Source of the DNA: a virus
IMG/VR virus record: IMGVR_UViG_3300027816_000056
Reading direction: 5' to 3' (one strand)
Length of the DNA stretch: 64,000 bases
A program made the position numbers and the translations under genes. Below are positions 40,342 to 50,747 of the stretch, in pieces. Within the stretch, counting starts at the first letter, position 1. Each line of letters opens with the position of its first letter. The notes under the pieces are model-generated. The model saw nothing but the letters and a program-made list of their open reading frames with translations, ran no database searches and was not told where the DNA came from.

Positions 40342-40768
40342 TTACATCTTTTCCTAATTTAGATTTTGCTTGATCTATTTTTTGTTGCAGTGCAACATCA
40401 TCTTCTGTGATTTTATCTAGTTCATCTTCTAGTTCCGAAGATAATGTTTGCTCAGCCACTTTAAGTAGTTGTTGTTTTTCTTCATCACTTAAAAGACCAT
40501 CAGCACCAGAAATAGTTTGTTTAGTTGAAATATAACGCTGTACGATTGCAGTTAATTTTACTAGATGATCATCATTTTTAACTGATACATCTAAATATTC
40601 TTTGATAAGTGGAACTATAATAGTTGCATCAGATGCATTTTTTATTAATGGTTGCAACTGAGCAATCAATTGATTGATCTGACGATCTTTCTTTTTAGAA
40701 TTATGATACACATCGGACATCAAGTCTGCAAAACTAGTTCCTTTGAATAATTCATCATTCTTATCCAT
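40328..40768 (-). CDS. Helical hypothetical protein (possible small terminase)
   Basis: 146 aa, predicted all-helical, late promoter; function is only a guess. Confidence 0.45.
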   Translation of the reverse strand: MDKNDELFKGTSFADLMSDVYHNSKKKDRQINQLIAQLQPLIKNASDATIIVPLIKEYLDVSVKNDDHLVKLTAIVQRYISTKQTISGADGLLSDEEKQQLLKVAEQTLSSELEDELDKITEDDVALQQKIDQAKSKLGKDVNESN

Positions 40769-40793
40769 AACGCAATATCCTTTAAAATAAATA

Positions 40794-41501
40794 TTAAAAA
40801 GGCAGATTTATGAAGTTTGCACGTTCATATTCTAGAAATGCATCATCGTATATTTGTTTCAATGTTTTTACTACTCGTGTTACGGCATTTGTTTGTGAAG
40901 GGTCTAATCCGGTGCGTTCACGAATTAATATATAAAGACGTTTTTTATTAAAGTCTTCAATCAATTCTCGGTGTTCAAAAATATGAAGAATTGAATCAGC
41001 AACATGAATATCTGTAGAATTTGTAAAAATATAGTTTAAATTGTTGTAACAATACTCAACGTAAGCATCCATAAAATATTCCAACGTTTCGCGCATTTCA
41101 TCATTATGCATTTCAGTTACTACGTTGCGTTGTTCATCTATATTTAATTCTAAAGTATCAGCTTTTAATTTTTTATAAGCACGATCATTTTCACCAATCA
41201 AATAGTTATATGATGTTCTAGTATAGTAAGAATATGCTTTGCCGGCATTTGGATTAAATTTTGATAATCGTTCGGTTAAAAATGTAACTAAATCGGTTTG
41301 CAAATCAGTAAACGTTGAATCAATGTATGTAGGCTTAATTGTATTAATTAAATTTTCAGCCATCTTCATAAATGCAGGATAAATAAATCGTCTATAGATT
41401 TTTTCTCTTAATATCGAGTTATCGGTTTTATTGTAACCCAGTATTGCTAATTCTGTTATCCTAGTAAAGTAAACATTACTTTTTTTCTTCTTCTTCGCCA
41501 T
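40794..41501 (-). CDS. Late-transcription sigma factor (T4 gp55-like)
   Basis: VYFT N-terminus, KMAENLI, KFNPNAGKAYSYYT matching the gp55 region-2 pattern. Confidence 0.75.
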   Translation of the reverse strand: MAKKKKKSNVYFTRITELAILGYNKTDNSILREKIYRRFIYPAFMKMAENLINTIKPTYIDSTFTDLQTDLVTFLTERLSKFNPNAGKAYSYYTRTSYNYLIGENDRAYKKLKADTLELNIDEQRNVVTEMHNDEMRETLEYFMDAYVEYCYNNLNYIFTNSTDIHVADSILHIFEHRELIEDFNKKRLYILIRERTGLDPSQTNAVTRVVKTLKQIYDDAFLEYERANFINLPF

Positions 41502-41793
41502 TGAATTGTTCTTTAAGTTCTGTAATTACTTCTGCCAATAATTGAAACGTTGTACCAGCTTCGTCATCTTTTTCAAATGCACCTAATCGGTCTATCTGTT
41601 GCATTACTTGATATGCTTCATCAATTTTAGAAAACATGTAGCGATTAGTTACTTCTAAGTCTTCTTCATATTTTTGAAGATCTTCAATATAATCTTGAGC
41701 CTCAGCTAATACTCCTGCTAAATACCATACACGATAACTTGCATATGAAACACCTAACATTAGTAGTATGTTGGTAATAATTAAAAATATCAT
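41476..41793 (-). CDS. Membrane-anchored hypothetical protein
   Basis: N-terminal TM followed by coiled coil; likely start MIFLII. Confidence 0.65.
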   Translation of the reverse strand: MIFLIITNILLMLGVSYASYRVWYLAGVLAEAQDYIEDLQKYEEDLEVTNRYMFSKIDEAYQVMQQIDRLGAFEKDDEAGTTFQLLAEVITELKEQFNGEEEEKK

Positions 41794-41794
41794 A

Positions 41795-42571
41795 TTAATC
41801 TTGATTAAATGCACTAAAAATATCCGTCAATGTTTTTTCAACATCCGGATTATTTTCTGCTAAGTTTTTAAGTCCATTACTTTTTGTTACTTTGCTTTTT
41901 TCTACAACTGGCTTCGGAGTAGCATTATCTTTATTTCTCCATCGCTCATACTCAATTTGAGCTGCCATGTGATCTGCATGATGAAGCAAGATAGGTAAAT
42001 TAGTCTTTAATTTAGCTTGAGCGGATCTAGCAACAAAATACGGTTTATTTGCATCATCATACATTCCATCATGAATCTTAATTGCCTGATATTCATTCCA
42101 AGACATTTTAATACCATATTCTTGCAACAACCAAATTGAAAGATCTGGTACCATTGTGAATGGAATGTTTTCATTATGTTTGTACATTTTATTTTGATTC
42201 TTGCGATGCCAATCCGAAGTTTCAACTTGATATACTTCATTACCATCACCTGGAAAACCTACTTTACCTAAATCATGATGCATTGCTGCAAATATCATTT
42301 CTTCTTCGGTATATCCTGACATATCAGCACCCATAGATTTCCATGTAACGTACAATGCTTTAGTACAATCAATAACACGAAGTATATGATCAACATAACC
42401 TCCGGCGAATGCATTATGAAAGTGCGCAATAGATGATGCTGGCATCATAACCATTCGGTCTTCTAAATCATCATATAAACGATTTAATTGATCAGCTCTA
42501 CTAGGAAATGTTGCATTAACAATTGCTCGATACTGTTCCCAATTAGATTTTATTTTTTCTGCTTCTAACAT
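41795..42571 (-). CDS. HD-domain phosphohydrolase
   Basis: FHNAFAGGYVDH, HHDLGK, IHDG, HHAD. Confidence 0.88.
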   Translation of the reverse strand: MLEAEKIKSNWEQYRAIVNATFPSRADQLNRLYDDLEDRMVMMPASSIAHFHNAFAGGYVDHILRVIDCTKALYVTWKSMGADMSGYTEEEMIFAAMHHDLGKVGFPGDGNEVYQVETSDWHRKNQNKMYKHNENIPFTMVPDLSIWLLQEYGIKMSWNEYQAIKIHDGMYDDANKPYFVARSAQAKLKTNLPILLHHADHMAAQIEYERWRNKDNATPKPVVEKSKVTKSNGLKNLAENNPDVEKTLTDIFSAFNQD

Positions 42572-42593
42572 AGTTTATATAAATAATAGAAGA

Positions 42594-42761
42594 TTACTTG
42601 CGTAATTCCAAGATTTCGCCATTAACTAATTTCATTGTGCATTTCCAACAGGTAATAGAATCAGCTTTTTCATCTACTCGTTCTGATACATTATCACAAT
42701 ATTTACATTGTAACCGTTTAAACCCTTTTGCAGGTTTATTTTTTCCTTTTCGATCTTTCAT
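42594..42761 (-). CDS. Small zinc-ribbon protein (55 aa, not in ORF track)
   Basis: MKDRKGKNKPAKGFKRLQCKYCDNVSERVDEKADSITCWKCTMKLVNGEILELRK, with CxxC..CxxC. Confidence 0.65.
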   Translation of the reverse strand: MKDRKGKNKPAKGFKRLQCKYCDNVSERVDEKADSITCWKCTMKLVNGEILELRK

Positions 42762-43710
42762 TTCTTATTTTATTCCAATATGACAATATCTCCGGTGCTT
42801 TTGGAGTTTCTTTTATAACCGTTTGTGGTTGTGATTCTATTTTAATTTCTTCTGGTATAGATTCTACAATAATTGTTGGTTCCTCAACTACAGGTTCTGT
42901 GTTTACAACAACTGTTGATTCAATTTTACGTGCTAATGCTTTATTTGCAGAAATTAGCAATACAATGGCTAATGGATCAAAAACAACTATTAAAAGTATA
43001 ATCAACCAATTTACTACAGTATCCATACTAGATCCGGTAATTTTAGCAATATATTTCAATGGACCTATTTCTGCAGCTACATCTGAATTTGTTTGCAATT
43101 CAATTATTTGAAAATCTACAGCCGTAACGGAATCACTTAAAGCAGATTGTTTTGCAGTCAATTGATCTAATCGCAAATTAGCAGATTGTAATTGTGATTC
43201 ATATGCACGACGATTTTCTGAACTGGTACGTATTACTTGATTGCCATTTCGATCCGTATATTGAATTACATTGTTAGATAAAGCGCCTGTCAATGATGCA
43301 ATGTTTTGATTAACCGTTTTCTTTTCTGCATCAATTTGAGATAGTTGCATTTCAAATCTAGATTTTTTAGTTTGTAAGTTTTTAACTACAGTTTCTAAAT
43401 TTTCAAATTTATATGCAGTATCCTGATATGCTGATACTAGAAAACCATATATTCCTAATGATGTGATGCACATTAAAATAAACACTGCAATCATCAGATA
43501 GCTTCGTATTGCTATACTAACTTCATTCCAATATCTATGAAGATATGATGCTGAAATTAATTTAGATGCTTCTAATGATCCGGCTAATATGACAATTGCT
43601 AGTGCTTGAGATGAAAATAATTTGCTCAATCCAAATACGCTATAATATGCTGCTGAACCAGCTAATGCGAATGCAGCTAACAATACAACATAAGGAAATA
43701 CATGTTTCAT
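42736..43710 (-). CDS. Multi-pass membrane protein with coiled coil
   Basis: SAAYYSVFGL, LEASKL, TSLGIYGFL, IGPLKYIA, VFDPLAI, a pattern typical of a T4-like phage membrane protein family. Confidence 0.8.
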   Translation of the reverse strand: MKHVFPYVVLLAAFALAGSAAYYSVFGLSKLFSSQALAIVILAGSLEASKLISASYLHRYWNEVSIAIRSYLMIAVFILMCITSLGIYGFLVSAYQDTAYKFENLETVVKNLQTKKSRFEMQLSQIDAEKKTVNQNIASLTGALSNNVIQYTDRNGNQVIRTSSENRRAYESQLQSANLRLDQLTAKQSALSDSVTAVDFQIIELQTNSDVAAEIGPLKYIAKITGSSMDTVVNWLIILLIVVFDPLAIVLLISANKALARKIESTVVVNTEPVVEEPTIIVESIPEEIKIESQPQTVIKETPKAPEILSYWNKIRNERSKRKK

Positions 43711-43713
43711 TGT

Positions 43714-43893
43714 TTATTCTCGGTCTATATAATATCGAGCTGATTCCAATTTTTTTAATGCTGCAGCTAAATTAGATAATGCAGATGCTTTATCTGTCTT
43801 GCCTTCATTTAGTGCTTTTCCAACCATTTGTACAATGTTAATTGCATCATCGATGTCATCAGTAATTTTTGCTTTGAATTTGTAATATGCCAT
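43714..43893 (-). CDS. Small helical protein (59 aa, not in ORF track)
   Basis: MAYYKFKAKITDDIDD...YYIDRE; AAGGA SD and late promoter at 43920-43927. Confidence 0.65.
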   Translation of the reverse strand: MAYYKFKAKITDDIDDAINIVQMVGKALNEGKTDKASALSNLAAALKKLESARYYIDRE

Positions 43894-43928
43894 AACTTCC
43901 TTGTTTTAAATTATCATATATAAATATA

Positions 43929-44951
43929 TTATCCTAAAATTAATGATGATTTATGACAGTCAATTCCTACATTCATCAAAGCCTGCTCTTTAGCCTTAGC
44001 CTCAATCTCAACATCAAGATCTACAACACCATAAGTGTCAGGAAGCTGTAAAATAAAGTCGGCATGAGCTTGCTCCTTGATCTTGCTAAACTCCTTGTAC
44101 ATCTTGGCAAATGTCGGCCACTTCGGCAAATCATCCCAAGCAATGCCGTGCTTATCACAGATACCTTCAATGAGTCGTTGTGCCTCGCGTCGTCGAGACT
44201 CGGAGTAATGTGTGCATTGAGTAACACCATGTCGCTCCCAAGTGCTACGAGCCATAAAAAATGCTTCTTGTTCGGATAAGTCACCAGTATTGAATGTATG
44301 GTGCCAATAGTCAAACGTAATAGGAATTGCAATTTCGGAATGCACACGCTCATACAAATCACGAACTGAATACATGGACGCCTTATCGTCATTTTCTAGA
44401 ACGAGACGCTGTTTAAGAGAATCGGATAAACGATACCAATTCTGAATCCATCGTGCAATAGTCGTTGTCTTATCACCATAAGTCGCACCTACATGTATGT
44501 TAATAAGATTGTCAAAGCTAGGAGCATAACCCATGAGGTCAAACATCTCAGAATGTCGTTCAAGACCAACGATAGAATTCTCAACAACAACTGGATCAGG
44601 ACTACCTAAGATATGAAACGGACCAGGATGTGTAGTAAGACGATGACCATAAGCACGTGCATAATCACCTGCGGCACGTAAATGCTGAGTAATCTCATCA
44701 ATGCCCGGCAAATCTTGTAATTCATAATGATTCCAACGAGGAAATATCTCACTACCAATACGGAATAGACGAATGCCGTGTTGTTCGTTCCATTGCAGGA
44801 TAGGTAACAAGTCTCGTGCATTGGCGAGTGCAATATCCGAAGCAAGTTGCATACCACCAAGTTTAAACTTTCTGTCAATCATTGTGCGCCCGGTACGGAT
44901 GCCTTGTGATGATAATTGCATGTTGATGCAACAATAGCCGTGTCTAATCAT
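43929..44951 (-). CDS. uvsE: UV DNA damage endonuclease
   Basis: GYCCIN, WNEQHGIRLFRIGS, RLTTHPG, NIHVG, LENDD, FDYWHH, HYSES, AHAD, EAKAKE. Confidence 0.93.
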   Translation of the reverse strand: MIRHGYCCINMQLSSQGIRTGRTMIDRKFKLGGMQLASDIALANARDLLPILQWNEQHGIRLFRIGSEIFPRWNHYELQDLPGIDEITQHLRAAGDYARAYGHRLTTHPGPFHILGSPDPVVVENSIVGLERHSEMFDLMGYAPSFDNLINIHVGATYGDKTTTIARWIQNWYRLSDSLKQRLVLENDDKASMYSVRDLYERVHSEIAIPITFDYWHHTFNTGDLSEQEAFFMARSTWERHGVTQCTHYSESRRREAQRLIEGICDKHGIAWDDLPKWPTFAKMYKEFSKIKEQAHADFILQLPDTYGVVDLDVEIEAKAKEQALMNVGIDCHKSSLILG

Positions 44952-45056
44952 AGTATTTTTTTATTAATATAAGAAAATTATATGAAAAATCAAAATTTAA
45001 TGATTTTTTTACTATCATATATTTATTAAAAGAACCCTTAAAGGAATAATAACAAT

Positions 45057-46640
45057 ATGAATTTAGAAAAACTATTAGCAGAAAATATGCTAAGATTTGG
45101 AGCTAAAAATTTAGATTCTAAATCAATTCGAACTTTAAAACAATTAATTGAACAAGCAGCTGCGACTACCGATCCAAATGCTATTCCAAAATCTATTGAA
45201 GAATTAGCAGATTCTGCAGATGTAAAACAATCTCCGGTATATAATGACGTAATTGGACGATTAATTGAATTAGCTAAAAAAGATAAACCATTAGCACGAA
45301 GATCTTTACAATATTGGCGTGGTGTAACTGATGCCAGTAATCAAAATTTTATTAAAAATACAGATGTTATTATTAATACATTTGATATTGTTAAACGTAA
45401 ATTTGATGAATCTGGATTTCGCGGAAAAAATATTTCAGTAAGCGTAAATTACGCTAAATTGGAACCTGTATTTCAACAACTAGTCGATCTATTAAAAACG
45501 AATAAATCAAAAAATGTATACGTAGATGTTGAAAAACAACTTCCTTCGTTACTTAATCTATGTAGGCAAATTAGTAGAAATGATAGATATAAATTTGTCG
45601 GCGGAAACGATCCACAAAATCCATTTACTTTAATAATTCTTCCAGGTAATATTCAAGAAATGCAAAAATTTATTTCTAATTTTTCTGCACAAGTAAAAGA
45701 TAAAACCGGAAAAACAACAGAAAAAATTGCAAAAGTTGCAATTGCATCAATCACCGATGCAGATAAAATTGATTTATTAAAAGCAGCTCAAATACAATTA
45801 GAAAAAAGAAAAGAAGATAAAAAACTTAGTCTAGGAATAAAAGGAGTAGATAAAATTATAATTGCACCTGCAACAGAATTTAGTACCGTAATTCGTACAG
45901 AAAAGGAAGCTGATGCTAAGAATCCTATTATTCAAGCAGTAACATATCCAGATATATCAAAAGGTAATACTACCGAATCTCAAAATTTCTTTGGTGATAA
46001 TCAATCTCAACTCACCGCAGAACAAAAATCAAAAATTGCCGAAACGTTACAAATAGCCGTTAATGCATTAAAATCTGAAGGAGTAACTTTGACAGAAATA
46101 CAATATAATGCCGGTGCTAGTACTAGTAAAGTATATACAAGATATACTGGGCCGGGGACATTAGCTAAAGTATCTTCTGCTGCAAATAATGAAATACTAG
46201 TTAAAGATCGTATAGCTTCAATTGAAACGGCATTACGAGAAGCTATAGATACAAATCCAGATACTAAAGCTTTACAAATAGTAAAACAACAATCAGATGC
46301 AAAACCAAATCAAGGTGCCGAATATGGTAAGGATGCTAATGGAGCTTTTGGACCAAATGGAATACGATGGAAATTTGATGCCGAGGGAAAATTAGATCCA
46401 TCACAAAAAGCCGAATACGAAAAAATATATGCTCCATATAGATCTAATTTTGGAGCATTTGTATTAGTAGGAATGCCAAAACCACCAGAAGAACCGGAAG
46501 CAGAATATTCTGGTCAAGGCAAATGGAGAATTAGTTTAATTTGGAATCGTATAGAAATACCACCACCACCACAGGGAGGAGGCAGAGTTGTATTATATCC
46601 AATGAGTACTAAAAAACCAGTACCATGTCCAATATTTTAA
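45057..46640 (+). CDS. Hypothetical protein with LLAENM leader and possible OmpA-C-like domain
   Basis: ORF with late promoter and AGGA SD; FFGDNQSQL...NEILVKDR loosely OmpA-like. Confidence 0.7.
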   Translation: MNLEKLLAENMLRFGAKNLDSKSIRTLKQLIEQAAATTDPNAIPKSIEELADSADVKQSPVYNDVIGRLIELAKKDKPLARRSLQYWRGVTDASNQNFIKNTDVIINTFDIVKRKFDESGFRGKNISVSVNYAKLEPVFQQLVDLLKTNKSKNVYVDVEKQLPSLLNLCRQISRNDRYKFVGGNDPQNPFTLIILPGNIQEMQKFISNFSAQVKDKTGKTTEKIAKVAIASITDADKIDLLKAAQIQLEKRKEDKKLSLGIKGVDKIIIAPATEFSTVIRTEKEADAKNPIIQAVTYPDISKGNTTESQNFFGDNQSQLTAEQKSKIAETLQIAVNALKSEGVTLTEIQYNAGASTSKVYTRYTGPGTLAKVSSAANNEILVKDRIASIETALREAIDTNPDTKALQIVKQQSDAKPNQGAEYGKDANGAFGPNGIRWKFDAEGKLDPSQKAEYEKIYAPYRSNFGAFVLVGMPKPPEEPEAEYSGQGKWRISLIWNRIEIPPPPQGGGRVVLYPMSTKKPVPCPIF

Positions 46641-46647
46641 ATAGTAT

Positions 46648-46680
46648 AAATGGGATAGATTGATTCTATCCCATTTTTTT
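46648..46680. terminator. Bidirectional terminator between convergent genes
   Basis: AAATGGGATAGA..TCTATCCCATTTTTT. Confidence 0.85.
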
Positions 46681-46681
46681 A

Positions 46682-47218
46682 TTAAAAAAATCTTACAACA
46701 CTTCTAAAAGTACGACCCCACTCTTTTCCCGATATCGGACCATAAGCATTACCTACTGCGGCAACGCTATTTACAGGATTTAATATACAAGATCTATGTC
46801 CTGGAGAATTCATCCATATGCTTACTAAATCTTTTGCTAAATAAACATAAATACCTTCTGTTTTTTTGTAATCACCTGTAGAAATAGTAGTTGCAATGCA
46901 AATTTCACTGTAATACGGATCTTTACTATGTCCTAGAATACCTTCTCGAATAAGTGAATCTCCAAATTTTGAAGCTTTGTTACATTCTTGCAAAGATGCA
47001 ATAGTTAATTTAGATAAATGATGTTGTTGTCGTTGTGAGTTAATCTCAGTTAAAATTGCCAATCTTAATTTTTGCTCATCTATTTTGTTTTGTGAAAGAA
47101 ATACACTGTCATTCCTCAATCCTTCATACCAAAGATCAATTTGTCGTTGTTTATGATCGGTTTGTGCAATAATAATGTTAGACACTGTGATTGCTACAAT
47201 AAAAAATAACTTTTTCAT
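46682..47218 (-). CDS. Secreted CAP/SCP-domain protein
   Basis: Signal peptide; EINSQRQQH; WMNSPGHRSCIL. Confidence 0.85.
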   Translation of the reverse strand: MKKLFFIVAITVSNIIIAQTDHKQRQIDLWYEGLRNDSVFLSQNKIDEQKLRLAILTEINSQRQQHHLSKLTIASLQECNKASKFGDSLIREGILGHSKDPYYSEICIATTISTGDYKKTEGIYVYLAKDLVSIWMNSPGHRSCILNPVNSVAAVGNAYGPISGKEWGRTFRSVVRFF

Positions 47219-47323
47219 AACGGTAAAATTTAAATGAATACTCTCTTATTATACTATAAATATAAGAAAAAAAATCCGTACGTCCTAATATCATATAAAC
47301 TTTTTTTACGGATATTTATTAAT

Positions 47324-48496
47324 ATGAAACATGTAAAAAAAATAAATTTATCGGATATAATTTTAGAAGAGTCTATCCGTGTTTCATTATCAGAACAACC
47401 CAAATCAACAATAAAATCAAAGCCGTTATCTGCACAAGAAAAATCAGCAACAGTAACACCTTGGAATGCTGCAAAAATTGCACAATTAATTTATGATTCT
47501 AAAGGATATGTTTTGGATGATGAAGAATTTGCTAAAAAAGTAATTGAACGTAACATACACGATTTGCAACAATACCAAAAAGTACGTGCTGAATTACAAA
47601 AATTAACCGGTGGTGCGGGAATTGCTGCGTATCTTAGATCTTTTATGCCGTTAAACGATCGATTAGATGTAGCAGATCATTTAATGACCGGCGTTATCCC
47701 ACAATCTCAATGGGATACTATCATAACACAATTGGTACCATGGGAAGATTTAAGATATGTTCAAACAGATCCATATAAAACATCTGCAGCAGATAAACGT
47801 TTTGGTGATTATGCCGGTACTGGTAGAATGACACAAACTGCTTTAGATATTGCATATAAATTATATCCGGAACAATGGAAAACTAGAGATGAAGAAAATT
47901 GGAAAGAGTTCCGGCATGAAATGTTATTTACAAGTTCAGTAGTAACTTCAATTATTCCCATAATTGGTCCGTTTTTATCTGGTGGTTTAGGTTTATTGGA
48001 TGCTAAATATCTTTGGGAGGAAGGACAATATTATGAAGCTGGTTTAATAGCTACATTAACATTACTACCTGGCATAGGTCGTTTAGCTGCTAAAGCCGGT
48101 GTTGCAATAAAACCGTTTATAAAAAATATTGTAACGAAACTTGCAAATAAACAAGCTGTACATACACTTACGAAAGTAGAAAGAGAGGCATTGATACAAG
48201 TAGCAATGCGAAAAGATGCTATTAAATCAAAACTTATGGATATGACTGCTAAAGGTATTGAATCTGGAAAACTTAATCCATATTCCTTAAAGGGAGTCGA
48301 TTGGATAACAAAAGGCACAAAAAAAGGTACTTGGTTTGTTGGTTCTCAAGTAGTTGTTCCGACAATAGCGTATGATTATGCATTTACATCTGATTATGTT
48401 CAGAATAAATTCAAACAACGTCAAGCTGAATTAGCATCTCAACAAATCGATCAATATATTCAACAAGCAAGAAAAAATCTTGCACGAGGAAAATAA
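47324..48496 (+). CDS. Hypothetical protein with hydrophobic hairpin (pre-toxin TG-like segment)
   Basis: Start at ATG 47324 just after a late box; IIPIIGPFLSGGLGLLDAKYLWEEG..AGL..LLPGIG. Confidence 0.65.
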   Translation: MKHVKKINLSDIILEESIRVSLSEQPKSTIKSKPLSAQEKSATVTPWNAAKIAQLIYDSKGYVLDDEEFAKKVIERNIHDLQQYQKVRAELQKLTGGAGIAAYLRSFMPLNDRLDVADHLMTGVIPQSQWDTIITQLVPWEDLRYVQTDPYKTSAADKRFGDYAGTGRMTQTALDIAYKLYPEQWKTRDEENWKEFRHEMLFTSSVVTSIIPIIGPFLSGGLGLLDAKYLWEEGQYYEAGLIATLTLLPGIGRLAAKAGVAIKPFIKNIVTKLANKQAVHTLTKVEREALIQVAMRKDAIKSKLMDMTAKGIESGKLNPYSLKGVDWITKGTKKGTWFVGSQVVVPTIAYDYAFTSDYVQNKFKQRQAELASQQIDQYIQQARKNLARGK

Positions 48497-48497
48497 T

Positions 48498-49529
48498 ATG
48501 AATTCAAAAAAATATCACAAATCTGCAATCAATGAAATACAACCGCCAGCTGATTCGGGATCTGGAATTGGACTCGATACTATAACATGGACAGCAATTA
48601 TTGGTTCAGTATTAGTAGCAATTGCTGCAAAATTAAAAATTCCATTTTTAGCATATATGGGTGGTAAACGTATTAGCAAACTTATAAGCAAGTGGACATT
48701 AAAATCTAAAAAAGGTCATATCCGTGCGATAAAAGAATTATTAGATAATCCATCAAAATTAAAACAAGCTGGACTAACTGATGATGAAATTGCTAAATAT
48801 GAAGCAATGTTAGTTAGAAATCCCGGTGTCAAAGAATTGATGACTGCTGAATTAATTAAATCTACATTTGAACAATTACGTTCAGGAAAACTTACATTAG
48901 ATGATGCATATGATATTTTAAAAAAATATGATAAAGATTCTGATTTATGGAATGATTTAAAAGCTGCATATCCAAATGCTAAACGTAGAACAAAAACTAG
49001 TACTGGTGTTAAAATTACACAACAACGAATTAATTATAATGCGTTGCCGAGTATAACATTAAGAAATTCAATATTATCTGATCGTGATTTTATAACATTA
49101 GCAACAAAAAAATTAATAAGTCCTAGATGGTCATCATCTTATGGATTAAGCAGAGATTGGACTAGACAATTTTCTTTATTAGTTAAAAAAATTGACAACT
49201 TAACAAAAAAAGATAAAGATAAAGGTTTTGATTATTTATATAAATTACGTAGTGGTAAAAAATGGGGCGGACGTTCTATAGGATTTATATCACCTGAGGT
49301 TAGAAATGCAATTGATGATTTTTATGCATTACGTAATTTAGGAAATATTGAATTTCGAAATACTACTAAACTTTATAATAGAAAAGATCAACCATTATCA
49401 TTGAAATACTGGAGAGATGATTTATATGCACAACTTAAAGAAGCAGGACGTAGTAGTTGGTGGTTAAATAAATCTGAACCGCAAAGGCAACGATTATCCA
49501 AATTGATCTTCAGCATGTTAGAAAAATAA
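48498..49529 (+). CDS. Hypothetical membrane-anchored basic protein
   Basis: GAGGA SD before ATG 48498; TM near N-terminus. Confidence 0.65.
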   Translation: MNSKKYHKSAINEIQPPADSGSGIGLDTITWTAIIGSVLVAIAAKLKIPFLAYMGGKRISKLISKWTLKSKKGHIRAIKELLDNPSKLKQAGLTDDEIAKYEAMLVRNPGVKELMTAELIKSTFEQLRSGKLTLDDAYDILKKYDKDSDLWNDLKAAYPNAKRRTKTSTGVKITQQRINYNALPSITLRNSILSDRDFITLATKKLISPRWSSSYGLSRDWTRQFSLLVKKIDNLTKKDKDKGFDYLYKLRSGKKWGGRSIGFISPEVRNAIDDFYALRNLGNIEFRNTTKLYNRKDQPLSLKYWRDDLYAQLKEAGRSSWWLNKSEPQRQRLSKLIFSMLEK

Positions 49530-49531
49530 AT

Positions 49532-50107
49532 TTAACGTTTAACAAATCCATTTAAAAAGTTACGTTGTTTTTCAATAGCCGAGTCTAACTCTGAGTTTCT
49601 AACAACTTTTCGTTTCGTTGTATTATTTCTGCCAGTTCCAGAAGTGCTAGGTGAAACAACATCTGATTTGGTAGATCGCTTTTTTCTAGTTTTTCTAGTT
49701 TTAGAATCGTCGTTTGCATCATCTCCTCCGCCATTCGAATTGCATATTGAGCTTTCATCTTTTGACCCTGCGGAGTTGATAGAAACTGTTGTAGCTCTTC
49801 GGTGTTTTGGGGTATTTTGAATGCGTTTGATGAGCTCGGCATCTCCCAATGACTTCGTTTCTTCGAAGAAGATATATCCTGTGTTATAGTTCGTCTTTTG
49901 CCCCTGAATTTGGATGCCGCACGGATACTTAATTCCACTGCATGATTCCACATTGTATTGAACGCCCCAAGTATTTTTTTTAATACGTATAACATAACCA
50001 TATTGTTTTTGTCCTAGCCAAGAAAAGAAAACCGCATCTCCTATTCGGAATTGCGGCTTATCAAATTTAGCTTGTAATTTGTCTGAAATTTTTTGTTTTT
50101 TTGCCAT
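49532..50107 (-). CDS. Hypothetical protein (SH3-like N-terminus, basic tail)
   Basis: FRIGDAVFF..YGYV pattern. Confidence 0.6.
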   Translation of the reverse strand: MAKKQKISDKLQAKFDKPQFRIGDAVFFSWLGQKQYGYVIRIKKNTWGVQYNVESCSGIKYPCGIQIQGQKTNYNTGYIFFEETKSLGDAELIKRIQNTPKHRRATTVSINSAGSKDESSICNSNGGGDDANDDSKTRKTRKKRSTKSDVVSPSTSGTGRNNTTKRKVVRNSELDSAIEKQRNFLNGFVKR

Positions 50108-50113
50108 TACACG

Positions 50114-50575
50114 TTAATTAGTGCATATACTGGATATTTGATCTACTATCTTAAATATTCGTAAGTATCTAGTAACTTTGTCTTTACGAAACATTTTTTC
50201 CATGTTACGATCTCTGCAGAGAATATATCCAGATTCTATAAATTTATTAGATACAAACCGTAAAGCACGAAGACTATTGGATTCCAACATAATAGATTCA
50301 TCATCAATCATTACATCAACACGTTCTTGATCTGGTTGTGTATTTTGATTAAGGCTTTCTACATGAAGTTGCATCTCTTCATTTCTTTTTGCTTCGTTAA
50401 GCAAAGTATCCTTAACGGATTGAAAGAACTTAGATAAATCTATATTTCCAATACCTTTTTGATGTTCAACTTCATAAATATCAAATAAATAATGCAATCT
50501 ATCCGCATCTTCTAACATCTTGAAATACTGCCATTCTGCATAGTTTATATTGATGTGTGAGAATATTGTTTTCAT
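50114..50575 (-). CDS. Hypothetical protein
   Basis: ORF in operon. Confidence 0.65.
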   Translation of the reverse strand: MKTIFSHININYAEWQYFKMLEDADRLHYLFDIYEVEHQKGIGNIDLSKFFQSVKDTLLNEAKRNEEMQLHVESLNQNTQPDQERVDVMIDDESIMLESNSLRALRFVSNKFIESGYILCRDRNMEKMFRKDKVTRYLRIFKIVDQISSICTN

Positions 50576-50736
50576 GATTCTACCCTTTCAATATTAAACA
50601 ATTCAACAACTTGATGTTTAAGTAATCGTTTAAGTTGTGCTATAATTTCTATAGCTTCATCTAAACATGTAGCATATATCGTACCAACAATTTCCGCAGA
50701 AGAATCAGCTCGATATGAAAACTTATACTTATACAC
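50572..50736 (-). CDS. Small hypothetical protein (54 aa, GTG start)
   Basis: Fills the gap; ATGA overlap with the next gene; late box at 50750-50757. Confidence 0.5.
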   Translation of the reverse strand: MYKYKFSYRADSSAEIVGTIYATCLDEAIEIIAQLKRLLKHQVVELFNIERVES

Positions 50737-50747
50737 CGCTTTGTTTA

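Noticed and set aside
198-44878. Numerous short plus-strand and nested ORFs in the track (e.g. 198..383, 6545..6955, 17261..17614, 44021..44392)
   Set aside because: They are antisense or out-of-frame shadows of well-supported minus-strand genes.
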